Assembly: GCA_020819635.1 (NCBI GenBank)
Contig: GCA_020819635.1_4533.1
DNA length: 64,000 nt
Source of the DNA: Escherichia coli
Lineage (GTDB): Bacteria > Pseudomonadota > Gammaproteobacteria > Enterobacterales > Enterobacteriaceae
Strand: one strand, 5' to 3'
Part shown: one piece after another, positions 56,048 to 64,000 of the stretch
Position numbering within the stretch: the stretch's first letter is position 1
Layout of the letters: the number at the start of each line of letters is the position of its first letter
Translations under genes and position numbers: made by a program
The notes under the pieces: model-generated
What the model saw: the letters and a program-made list of their open reading frames with translations, nothing else
Database searches by the model: none
What the model was told of the DNA's origin: nothing

Positions 56048-56177
56048 AATTTGAGGGATTTTTGAGATAAAAGATAGTGGGAATTTGATATAACCTTTAA
56101 TCTTATTGGTAAACCTTCAGGAACCCACTCAGATCGAATCCTAGTGATGCAAACTGAAAAAGACAAGGGTTTGTATA

Positions 56178-56216
56178 GGACAAAATAACAGGCTCTCTAC
56201 GGTGCTGTAGGAGCCT
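56178..56216 (-). terminator. intrinsic terminator of the minus-strand operon
   Basis: minus strand AGGCTCCTACAGCACCGTAGAGAGCCT hairpin followed by GTTATTTTGT. Confidence 0.5.
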
Positions 56217-56271
56217 TATTTCTGTGCTACAAAGTGACACCTTTGTTCTAAAAATGAAAAAAGTTAAAATA

Positions 56272-56814
56272 TCACAAATATCGTCTTTGCGGTATTTTGT
56301 CTGGGAAAAGTATTTCGATCAGTTTATTATGATATTTGCCTAAAAGATTCTGCCCTTTCCAGGTAGCAGGGTTTAGCACCCCTGGTTCATACATTCCCAT
56401 TCCAATACCGTAAACCTTATCGTAAGGACTTGCTTCAACAAACGTTTTGTATTGGTAAAGGTGTAAATCTGCATACAAATCTGGATTCTGTACATATTTC
56501 AAGCATAAGCCTCGCATAACAATACGCTCACGGTTCTCTTCCCACATATCATTATTAAAACCAGATACCGCTCGACCCATACGTTTGTAGTATGCTTGTT
56601 TCCTCTCGTTGTCACGTATAGTTGAGTGATCAAGGATAGCTGCTGCAATCGCATGATCCTTGAACAGCAAAGCCTTACGCCACATCATATATTGCTCAAC
56701 ACAACAGAAAGTCTCATTGTAACCTGGTTCAGTTTCTGTAAAGGGTGCAATATACCAATTACTAAACACATCTTTATGTGAAAAGAAGAATACATATTCA
56801 TCAGTTATTCTCAT
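56272..56814 (-). CDS. NADAR-domain protein (YbiA-like)
   Basis: VFFFSHKDVFSNWY and VEQYMMWRKA match NADAR family hallmarks. Confidence 0.75.
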   Translation of the reverse strand: MRITDEYVFFFSHKDVFSNWYIAPFTETEPGYNETFCCVEQYMMWRKALLFKDHAIAAAILDHSTIRDNERKQAYYKRMGRAVSGFNNDMWEENRERIVMRGLCLKYVQNPDLYADLHLYQYKTFVEASPYDKVYGIGMGMYEPGVLNPATWKGQNLLGKYHNKLIEILFPDKIPQRRYL

Positions 56815-57026
56815 TTTTTCATGCCTTCTAAAACTTTAGCTTGCCCGTCTTGAAAAGCTTTCATCAGAACTATCTTAAGATTGACTTCCAAACGTTCTTC
56901 ATCCTCTCTATAACAATCCAACACTGCTTTAAGTTCATCATAGTGGTTCAGAATAGGTTTAAAGATTTCATGATCTGCTAAACGTGCCATAGTTTCTCCT
57001 TTGTTAGTCCATCCACCAGTAGCCAT
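56811..57026 (-). CDS. hypothetical protein
   Basis: 71-aa ORF. Confidence 0.4.
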   Translation of the reverse strand: MATGGWTNKGETMARLADHEIFKPILNHYDELKAVLDCYREDEERLEVNLKIVLMKAFQDGQAKVLEGMKK

Positions 57027-57369
57027 AAACTGCGTCTGCGTCGATGAGTTTGTGTTTGTTGTTCCGCATGTAGTCTAAGATAAGTAGACGTTTATTGTAT
57101 CTGGAGAGATTATGACCCTCTTTTCCGCCATAGTCAAAATATTTTGCAAGATCTTTACACTCAAACAAAATCAGTTCGGGAGTTTCTTCACACTGGTCTG
57201 TCTGGTACACTTGACGAATGATCATGTATACATCGTCGTCTTCCGCTAAATGCTCTACTGGTCCACATCCAGCAGGAACAAATTCATAGTCCCATCTGAT
57301 CAGATGTTTCTCTACTGCTTCAAAGAAGTCCATTCTTTCGTTGCGCATAATTTGAACGTCAACTAACAT
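57004..57369 (-). CDS. hypothetical protein
   Basis: 121-aa ORF. Confidence 0.45.
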   Translation of the reverse strand: MLVDVQIMRNERMDFFEAVEKHLIRWDYEFVPAGCGPVEHLAEDDDVYMIIRQVYQTDQCEETPELILFECKDLAKYFDYGGKEGHNLSRYNKRLLILDYMRNNKHKLIDADAVYGYWWMD

Positions 57370-58823
57370 GTTTCCTCCTCTCTCATTATTCCACCTGCTT
57401 GGTTGATAGCACTTAAGACGATAGCCAAATCCTCGCGCAGGAAGGTTTCACTATGACCATCTTTCATGTGCAAGCGTTCTACACAGCCAATAGACGGTAG
57501 AATCTGATCAGTCTTAGACTTTAGCTTACTCTCTAACGCCCTGCAAGCTTGGTAGGACGGCAGATCGAACAATGCTATACGGCGCATAGAGTAATTGTTG
57601 TTTGCATTCTGCCCTTTGATCCTGATATCACTGTCCTTTGCAATCCCCAACTTGTAAGCTCCCGTGTCTTCTCCGTACTCATCAAGAATAATATTGATGT
57701 AAAATTCTTGCATATTTCTGTTCTTACAGCCTGGACAACCTTTCCCATTGAGATAATCGGTAGGTGTGATCGTTTGCTCTCCATGCTCCCTACATAGATA
57801 TTTAAACTTGCTGTTATTGCTTACCTTATCAATGAATCCTATAAATTGATCCCCTCGTTCCTGGCAAGCTTTGGTCATACGGTAGGCCCATTGTTCAGGA
57901 GTGTAATGATAATATTTAGAACAACGGCAAGGAAGGCCACCCCTTTTCAAATGACTCATCTTCATCTCAAATTTATTATCGCATAAGCCTTCTTTACAAT
58001 AATCATCCTCTGCACATATAGGACATTCTACAATCCAGTAAACCTGACGACCTAATCTATCTACTCTATCGCTACGATAATATTTACGCTCTACATTATC
58101 AGGACAAGCTTTTATAAAATCTTCAACATGTTGTTTATCCTCCATTGTATTCCTTTGTTTCGTCATTTCTCTTTGACAACTGTAGCATCCAGTCCCTTGT
58201 TTAGCACTGTTTACAGTGGTAGTGCACCATTGACCATGAACCTTACACTCACAAATCAACTTAGTGCGGGAACCGTTCCACGGTTCCACATAGCCTCTAA
58301 CAATCCAGGGTTTTTCTTTATAAGCTTCTTCTACTTCTTCTTTATGTTTCTCCCATGCAATCGATGTTCTTTCTCTGTTTGCTTCTCCCATACACTTCCT
58401 GCATCCACTCCCGTTTTTCGCAGAAGATATAGAAGTAGACCTCCACTCCCCATGTAAAGCACAACAACAAACCAGTTTAGTATTCCATCCTTTCCATTCT
58501 CCGTGCCATCCTGTAACAGTCCAAAACTTACCTGCCTGATTGTAAGTGGTTTGCACTTCTTCTTTATATTGCTCCCAGGTTTTTGATTTGTTTATAGATA
58601 CTGCTTTACTTATAATCTCCCTACCGCATTCTGGACAACCCCTCCCTAGTTTAGCGGTATTTATGCTTGTTGTTTTCCATTCTCCATGCAGAGCACAGAT
58701 GCATCTAAGTTTAGTTTTATTGCCGTTCCACGGCTCAATATAATCTACAACAGTCCAAGACTTACCTTGATAAGCTTGTTTTATATCTGTTTTATATTGT
58801 TCCCAAGTGACTATTTTTGGCAC
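57363..58823 (-). CDS. Cys-rich protein with three tandem zinc-ribbon-like repeats and a possible GIY-YIG/T5orf172-like C-terminal region
   Basis: three ~60-aa repeats W..Y...W...W.G..TKL.C.C..HG.W..T......K.G.GC..C; C-terminal YKLGIAKDSDIRIKGQN; putative homing-endonuclease-like. Confidence 0.4.
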   Translation of the reverse strand: MPKIVTWEQYKTDIKQAYQGKSWTVVDYIEPWNGNKTKLRCICALHGEWKTTSINTAKLGRGCPECGREIISKAVSINKSKTWEQYKEEVQTTYNQAGKFWTVTGWHGEWKGWNTKLVCCCALHGEWRSTSISSAKNGSGCRKCMGEANRERTSIAWEKHKEEVEEAYKEKPWIVRGYVEPWNGSRTKLICECKVHGQWCTTTVNSAKQGTGCYSCQREMTKQRNTMEDKQHVEDFIKACPDNVERKYYRSDRVDRLGRQVYWIVECPICAEDDYCKEGLCDNKFEMKMSHLKRGGLPCRCSKYYHYTPEQWAYRMTKACQERGDQFIGFIDKVSNNSKFKYLCREHGEQTITPTDYLNGKGCPGCKNRNMQEFYINIILDEYGEDTGAYKLGIAKDSDIRIKGQNANNNYSMRRIALFDLPSYQACRALESKLKSKTDQILPSIGCVERLHMKDGHSETFLREDLAIVLSAINQAGGIMREEETC

Positions 58824-58911
58824 ACCTCCCCCTTTAGCTATTAGTGCGAGCCTACAACAAAAGAATAACTAAAATCCCTCCATAACAAATGCCCCTTGCG
58901 GGGCATCTTTA

Positions 58912-60051
58912 TTAGAACACGCTACCAAGTGTAGTGGAACGTTGTGTTACAGGCTCCAGCACCACTCGCAAAGTGTTTCCTGGTGTAGTGCTCATAACCA
59001 GAATCTTACCACCTTCAATCAGATCACAAGTTAGACCATCAGCCGTTGCACATAGATCAATATGTGGATCACCATCTTCATCCAGGATAACATAACTGTT
59101 GGTTTCCATTGCTTCCACTTCATCATCTTTCAAACTTTGTAGATAGATGTTCAGGGAACAAGCGCCCGACAAAAACTTAGTAGGGGTGAAGTCGTGCCAG
59201 TTATTGATCCAATTCACCTTCAAGGTTTTGCCATTAGCTACGATAGAAGCCACATTCCATTTAGCATCGTTCCCTAAAGAAATACCCATCATTTCAAGAC
59301 ATTCTTTAAAAGTCATTTTTGGATAGAAATTCAATTCTTCTACAATGCCTTGAATAACATCGAAAGACAACTCTGTGCTAACATCCCATAAACGTTGGAA
59401 GTTATCTACGTGCTTTTTATTTACCAAGTTCTTATCCAAGTAATCTAACATAGTTTCACTAGACAGTTTATCGTAATTGAAACTGTAGTAGATACGACTA
59501 GGACGGTTTACAAAATATTCCGAGATATAACCACTATTTTTAGTGAGGATGTAAAGTTTATTCCCACTTCCTGTTCCATCCAACAAGGTCAACAGTGCTT
59601 CCTGATCTTCTTTCTTAGCGTACACTTTATCAAATTCGTCAAATAAAACAACAGCACGATCTGTAATTTTACTCATAAATTCTAAGAAGCCAGCATCTGT
59701 GTAAGGCTGTGTAACCAAAATGGTTGGAATACCTAAACCTTCTGTGGACATTAGAGACATGCTAATTAGTTTAGCTAACATCGTCTTACCACTGCCTTTT
59801 GTCCCTGTCAGTAACACCCCAGTATTTTTACCTTCTTTACTACGACGAGCAAATGTTTTAATAACATGTGCGGCGCGATCTTTAGTTTCCCCATAAAGAG
59901 TGTTCGGAAGAGAGAAACTTTCACCACGCACTAAAGAGTAGTTACCGTGCGGATCGCAGTTGACAACCCAAACTCCAGCAGGAAGTTTATTAGCTTCAAC
60001 GCCATATTCCTTATTTACAACAGCTACATCTCCAAAAATAGTGTATTTCAT
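58912..60051 (-). CDS. AAA+/P-loop ATPase
   Basis: Walker A GTKGSGKT and Walker B VVLFDEFD. Confidence 0.6.
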   Translation of the reverse strand: MKYTIFGDVAVVNKEYGVEANKLPAGVWVVNCDPHGNYSLVRGESFSLPNTLYGETKDRAAHVIKTFARRSKEGKNTGVLLTGTKGSGKTMLAKLISMSLMSTEGLGIPTILVTQPYTDAGFLEFMSKITDRAVVLFDEFDKVYAKKEDQEALLTLLDGTGSGNKLYILTKNSGYISEYFVNRPSRIYYSFNYDKLSSETMLDYLDKNLVNKKHVDNFQRLWDVSTELSFDVIQGIVEELNFYPKMTFKECLEMMGISLGNDAKWNVASIVANGKTLKVNWINNWHDFTPTKFLSGACSLNIYLQSLKDDEVEAMETNSYVILDEDGDPHIDLCATADGLTCDLIEGGKILVMSTTPGNTLRVVLEPVTQRSTTLGSVF

Positions 60052-60407
60052 TAGAACGTTTCTCCTTTTAAAATAATTACTGTAAACTTTGCAGTTTTTT
60101 CACTCTTAATATTCTTGACTAATAAGTATTCTCCTCCAGGGGCATCTTTGTATTGTTTAATAGCTACTATTTCATTTTTGCAAGTAGCTATAATCGAATA
60201 AAAAGGACGTTCCGTGTTATCTTCTTTTCCCGTATATGCCTCAACATCTTTACACTCTTCTAGAACACCATTCCCAAGTGTATAGTAAAACTTGTTGCCT
60301 GTGATCACAACATCTTTACCAATATCTGTTTTAACTGCTACAAATTTTTGAGCGTAAGTGGTGAAGCTTACGGTAGCCAGCAATGTGGCTAAGATTAGTT
60401 TTTTCAT
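60051..60407 (-). CDS. secreted protein with signal peptide
   Basis: start set at MKKLILATLLATVSFTTYA after AGGAGGGAAG RBS. Confidence 0.5.
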   Translation of the reverse strand: MKKLILATLLATVSFTTYAQKFVAVKTDIGKDVVITGNKFYYTLGNGVLEECKDVEAYTGKEDNTERPFYSIIATCKNEIVAIKQYKDAPGGEYLLVKNIKSEKTAKFTVIILKGETF

Positions 60408-60418
60408 AAACTTCCCTC

Positions 60419-60583
60419 CTATTCCCACAACATACAAATCGCAGCGACAAACATATTAGCAATAGCCGCACCAAGAACTATAAACATCGCCAGTTCAGAA
60501 CAATATTCACCAACCAAAGGGGATACTATTGCACAGAGTAACCCCAATGTCAAACACAAGTTGATGATGAAGTTTAAAATCAT
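60419..60583 (-). CDS. small membrane protein (54 aa)
   Basis: MILNFIINLCLTLGLL... after GGAGAGAAT RBS; below ORF-table cutoff. Confidence 0.3.
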   Translation of the reverse strand: MILNFIINLCLTLGLLCAIVSPLVGEYCSELAMFIVLGAAIANMFVAAICMLWE

Positions 60584-60592
60584 ATTCTCTCC

Positions 60593-60784
60593 TTACAACC
60601 AACCTTTTGCCTGATAGCCTTTAGAAAATCCATCTTCCCATTCTTCGAATTCCTTTTTGTGTGTCATTGGACAATATGGATTTACTTTATTAAACATACC
60701 AAACTTGAACCCTGCGGTATACCCCTTCTTAAAAGCTATTGATTCTAAAGAGATCATATTCTTTCTCCTCTTAGAACTCGACAA
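60593..60784 (-). CDS. hypothetical protein
   Basis: 63-aa ORF. Confidence 0.4.
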   Translation of the reverse strand: MSSSKRRKNMISLESIAFKKGYTAGFKFGMFNKVNPYCPMTHKKEFEEWEDGFSKGYQAKGWL

Positions 60785-61022
60785 TGATTTTGTCTAAGTG
60801 TTCTGCTTCAACTTGGGATAATGTTAACACCTGCACCAAACCTCTGTCAATACCAATTTTAATGACTTGCAAATAATCACCAAAAAGATCTGATAAAGAA
60901 ATAGCATGTTCCGTAACTACAATAACTTCATTACCTTTAGTGTATTCTTTCCACACCCGACCACATTTATAAATGTAATCTTTTTGATCTTCAGTAATCA
61001 TTTTAGGTTTGATACTTAACAT
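60771..61022 (-). CDS. hypothetical protein
   Basis: 83-aa ORF. Confidence 0.45.
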   Translation of the reverse strand: MLSIKPKMITEDQKDYIYKCGRVWKEYTKGNEVIVVTEHAISLSDLFGDYLQVIKIGIDRGLVQVLTLSQVEAEHLDKIIVEF

Positions 61023-61387
61023 TACATACTCCCGTATTCTGGTTCAATATTATGTTTACGACAAATGGTATCCCAACGTTCATTACCAAAACTTCTTCCA
61101 TGTAGAGCGTTAAATGCGAAATGCTCTGCCAACCACAATACTACATCATCAGGATCTGTGTCAAGAGGAATTCTAAACTCTCGATCATAACGCATACGCA
61201 GAATAAAATCCTTATCATCTTCAAGGAGATACATGTGACTTTTAGCCCGTGATGCCAAATCAAAGAAAGGAGGCTCATCTTTCCAAACGTGACGCTCAAC
61301 TTCAACACCATGATCTACTACCAGAGTAGCGATCACCTCTCTCATTTCTTTACTAAACATATTACCTCCATTAACCAATGAGTTCAA
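61022..61387 (-). CDS. hypothetical protein
   Basis: 121-aa ORF. Confidence 0.5.
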   Translation of the reverse strand: MNSLVNGGNMFSKEMREVIATLVVDHGVEVERHVWKDEPPFFDLASRAKSHMYLLEDDKDFILRMRYDREFRIPLDTDPDDVVLWLAEHFAFNALHGRSFGNERWDTICRKHNIEPEYGSM

Positions 61388-61559
61388 CTGCTTTGCAGAT
61401 GTAGATCCAAACCGGAGTGAGCATAAGAGCTATACCGAATGCACAATTCCACTTAATTCCCATTTCCTCTATTAGAGACATGATTAAGCCAACAGCACTA
61501 ATAATCAGATAGATCCCTAAGAAAGCCATTGTGAAGAATTCAGACATATTTAGCTCCAA
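61371..61559 (-). CDS. small membrane protein
   Basis: 62 aa, hydrophobic. Confidence 0.4.
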   Translation of the reverse strand: MELNMSEFFTMAFLGIYLIISAVGLIMSLIEEMGIKWNCAFGIALMLTPVWIYICKAVELIG

Positions 61560-61906
61560 AGATTATCAAAATAACTAGCGAATAAAAGACGGCCCTCTAA
61601 CCGTGCCTTCCTTTGATCTTCAGCATACACGATTTCTGGATTACCACTATCAATAAAAGCATTCTCCATCTTTTCTAAAATATTTAACCACTCTCTTCTA
61701 CCTGTCTCCTCTTCTTCATCTGTATACGGCGCACTTCTATTTGGATACAAAACACGCATCAGTTTAGTGGGGATCATGACAAACGTGCTATTGTTTGCCT
61801 TCTCACGGAAGGCTTTAATTCCTGCATAGATTACCTTCCCCAAAGCTGCATCCAAATCCATCAGGTCACTTTCTTCTATTTGAATTTCATCGTGTACAAT
61901 TTTCAT
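61550..61906 (-). CDS. hypothetical protein
   Basis: 118-aa ORF. Confidence 0.5.
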   Translation of the reverse strand: MKIVHDEIQIEESDLMDLDAALGKVIYAGIKAFREKANNSTFVMIPTKLMRVLYPNRSAPYTDEEEETGRREWLNILEKMENAFIDSGNPEIVYAEDQRKARLEGRLLFASYFDNLWS

Positions 61907-62190
61907 CGTGCCTTCTCCCGATCTGCGTCCAATTTCAACAAGAAGGTTGCATACTCTTCTGAGCCTTGATGCAAGAACATACGATAAGAACTTACCAGTT
62001 TCTTGGTCGTTGTATAACGTTCCATTTCCCCAACAACACCTCCACCCAGGGTGTAGAGCACAACACCCTCAAACCCAACATGAGTTACTACTTCAACCAA
62101 GTCTGTGTTATCCCAATGGTAGTTAGGTGACACAATAAGATCGCCAACTGCCAGTTTAATGTTTGCTACTTCATTTTGTGAATAATACAT
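61903..62190 (-). CDS. hypothetical protein
   Basis: 95-aa ORF. Confidence 0.45.
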   Translation of the reverse strand: MYYSQNEVANIKLAVGDLIVSPNYHWDNTDLVEVVTHVGFEGVVLYTLGGGVVGEMERYTTTKKLVSSYRMFLHQGSEEYATFLLKLDADREKAR

Positions 62191-62202
62191 TTGGTTCTCC
62201 TC

Positions 62203-62496
62203 TCACATTAAGACACGTTTTGTATCGATGGGTGCATTATCAAACATGTTAAGAACATTGTCAAGCAGTTTTACTAATTCATTTGTAATTTGTTCTTTTG
62301 AACGGGAGGAAGTGAGCACTTTGCTTTCACCAACGATATGCATAACTTTTATAGGAGCATCTAAAATAATGTTGTGCTGACGATCCTCTTCAAAAGAAGC
62401 CAACCATTTCTCGTTGTTACCGTGTAAGGCTACAATGACACCAAAACCGTTAATTGTCTCAGAAATATTCTTAGTTGCTAAAGTAATGTTCATCAT
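62203..62496 (-). CDS. hypothetical protein
   Basis: 97-aa ORF, first gene of minus-strand block. Confidence 0.45.
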   Translation of the reverse strand: MMNITLATKNISETINGFGVIVALHGNNEKWLASFEEDRQHNIILDAPIKVMHIVGESKVLTSSRSKEQITNELVKLLDNVLNMFDNAPIDTKRVLM

Positions 62497-62552
62497 CTAC
62501 CTCTCTTGTTAATGTTCATATATGATACCTGAAAATAATTTCAGATCAAGTA

Positions 62553-62580
62553 TTGACATGCTTTTTAGTCCTGTTAAGAT
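62553..62580 (+). promoter_or_regulatory. sigma70-like promoter in divergent region
   Basis: TTGACA, 16-nt spacer, TAAGAT. Confidence 0.5.
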
Positions 62581-62610
62581 CAACTCATACAAAACAAGAG
62601 GAGAAAACAA

Positions 62611-63045
62611 ATGCAAAACATCAAACTGACTTGGACCGAAGCTAAAGAAGCAATGAAGGAAGGTAGACGTGTTGAGCACAGTTATTTTTGCGGTGGTGAA
62701 TGGTTTGAGATGCGAGATGGTGTTATTCTCGACGAACAAGGTTATAACATGGAAACTTGGTTCAGAGGGGAAGCTTGGCAGGAAGAGGGTTGGTCTGTAA
62801 TTGAAAAAGAAGACAGTAAGGAAGAAGGCGTGTTGTCTAATGTAGAACGCAAGATGAGGGAAACAAAGATACCTGCTTTGGATTTTGTATACCTGGAAGA
62901 ACTTGTGGCAGCATCTTTTGTAGCAGGAAATCTTTGGAATACACCTGTTAGCCGACTGGAGAACCAAAATAACCCATCTGCTCGTAATCACAAGCTTTAT
63001 AAGGGTAAAGGTCACAACAAATTAAAGAAAGGAAAGAAGAAATGA
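62611..63045 (+). CDS. hypothetical protein with basic C-terminal tail
   Basis: 144-aa ORF after GAGGAGAAAA RBS. Confidence 0.5.
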   Translation: MQNIKLTWTEAKEAMKEGRRVEHSYFCGGEWFEMRDGVILDEQGYNMETWFRGEAWQEEGWSVIEKEDSKEEGVLSNVERKMRETKIPALDFVYLEELVAASFVAGNLWNTPVSRLENQNNPSARNHKLYKGKGHNKLKKGKKK

Positions 63046-63188
63046 TCTACAAAAACAAGTTCACTGGTTGTCTCCGTAAATTTATCGATAAGAAAGGGTA
63101 TGTTTCTCTTGACAACGGGGTTACATGGACAGAGAATGGCACTTCAGAACAGCTGATCAAAGCTTTGCCTTACTACGAGGAGGTTTAA
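63042..63188 (+). CDS. small hypothetical protein (48 aa)
   Basis: ATGA-coupled ORF MIYKNKFTG...; below ORF-table cutoff. Confidence 0.3.
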   Translation: MIYKNKFTGCLRKFIDKKGYVSLDNGVTWTENGTSEQLIKALPYYEEV

Positions 63189-63512
63189 ATGTCAAACAGT
63201 TTGTTTAGCGTGTCAATTGCACCACGTGTCAACATCCGTTGTCAGTTTGTTACTTTACCTGGTGTAACGCATATCACATTAGAATACGATCCTCGCTCAC
63301 GAGACAACCCAATCACAGGGAAAATTGATTGTGCTTATGGAGACTTTGTTATGGATCACCAAACCCTCTTATGCTGTGTGCAACGCTTACAGGCAGGATC
63401 TTTATACATCTTTAAGAAAACAGTGTTCCAAGAGATTGCTCAAGCAGTTGAAAGCGGTATGGAGACTCTTAACGTTATGATTGAAGCAGCCAACCAGAAG
63501 GAGGTTTTATGA
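63189..63512 (+). CDS. hypothetical protein
   Basis: 107-aa ORF. Confidence 0.45.
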   Translation: MSNSLFSVSIAPRVNIRCQFVTLPGVTHITLEYDPRSRDNPITGKIDCAYGDFVMDHQTLLCCVQRLQAGSLYIFKKTVFQEIAQAVESGMETLNVMIEAANQKEVL

Positions 63513-63766
63513 CACTTTATCACGTAACCACTGAAGGCGATACCGAAGGTCGTACTACGAAAGATTTAGGGTATGTTGAAGCAGATTCCCCTGAACACGC
63601 AATTAAGTATTTGCATTCCATCGGTAAATATGCGACTTATGAATATACTATCTACAAGGTTGAAGTTAGCCCTATACAAGTGGCAACTCCTATGGTAGAG
63701 TTGAAACATCTTAAGGCAAAAGTAAGACCTGGTATAGTGTCCGATTACAAAGGGGAAGTAAAGTGA
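63509..63766 (+). CDS. hypothetical protein
   Basis: 85-aa ORF. Confidence 0.45.
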   Translation: MTLYHVTTEGDTEGRTTKDLGYVEADSPEHAIKYLHSIGKYATYEYTIYKVEVSPIQVATPMVELKHLKAKVRPGIVSDYKGEVK

Positions 63767-63975
63767 GTGGATGGATTAAAGTATCTGGTACCGAGGATGT
63801 TCCTATCGGAGAGTGGCTTGTAATCATGGCAAACGGCAAGAAGGGATTCTGTGAAGTTAACAAAACACGCAATGGCACGATAGCTGTTATCAATGGTCAT
63901 TTTTATTTTGACTTGGCACCTGTGATCGCATACCATGCACTACCAACATATGAAGAGGAGATTAACAATGGCTAA
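63763..63975 (+). CDS. hypothetical protein
   Basis: 70-aa ORF. Confidence 0.4.
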   Translation: MSGWIKVSGTEDVPIGEWLVIMANGKKGFCEVNKTRNGTIAVINGHFYFDLAPVIAYHALPTYEEEINNG

Positions 63976-64000
63976 CAAAGAACCACATGTATACACTGCA

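Overview
This window reads as a segment of a large lytic, T4-like phage genome; that assignment is my inference from gene content and promoter style, not a database result. Layout: (1) 1-25.7 kb, plus-strand block of nucleotide-metabolism and auxiliary genes: DEDD exonuclease, HNH endonuclease, ThyX-like protein, class I ribonucleotide reductase nrdA/nrdB, a complete dTDP-L-rhamnose operon (rmlB-rmlA-rmlC-rmlD), glutaredoxin, T4-type lysozyme, PhoH, an orphan HslV-like peptidase, two small methyltransferase-like genes, a Ser/Thr phosphatase and a zinc-less Sir2-like protein. (2) 25.7-42.7 kb, minus-strand block of about 50 small genes, including a seven-member paralogous family (about 105-120 aa each) and a small serine recombinase. 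(3) 42.7-44.25 kb, a non-coding AT-rich island with palindromes. (4) 44.25-55.1 kb, about 26 small minus-strand genes, most preceded by a repeated cassette of sigma70-like promoter plus GC-rich stem-loop (about 21 copies). (5) 55.1-56.3 kb, a second non-coding island with a strong plus-strand promoter driving a GC-rich candidate ncRNA, four exact-period 29-bp tandem repeats and two roughly 58-bp AT-rich direct repeats. (6) 56.3-62.5 kb, minus-strand operon with a NADAR-domain protein, a Cys-rich repeat protein and an AAA+ ATPase. (7) 62.5-64 kb, divergent plus-strand small genes. No tRNA, rRNA or CRISPR array was found. All functional calls rest on motifs read by eye; coordinates of short regulatory elements were counted manually and may be off by a base or two.
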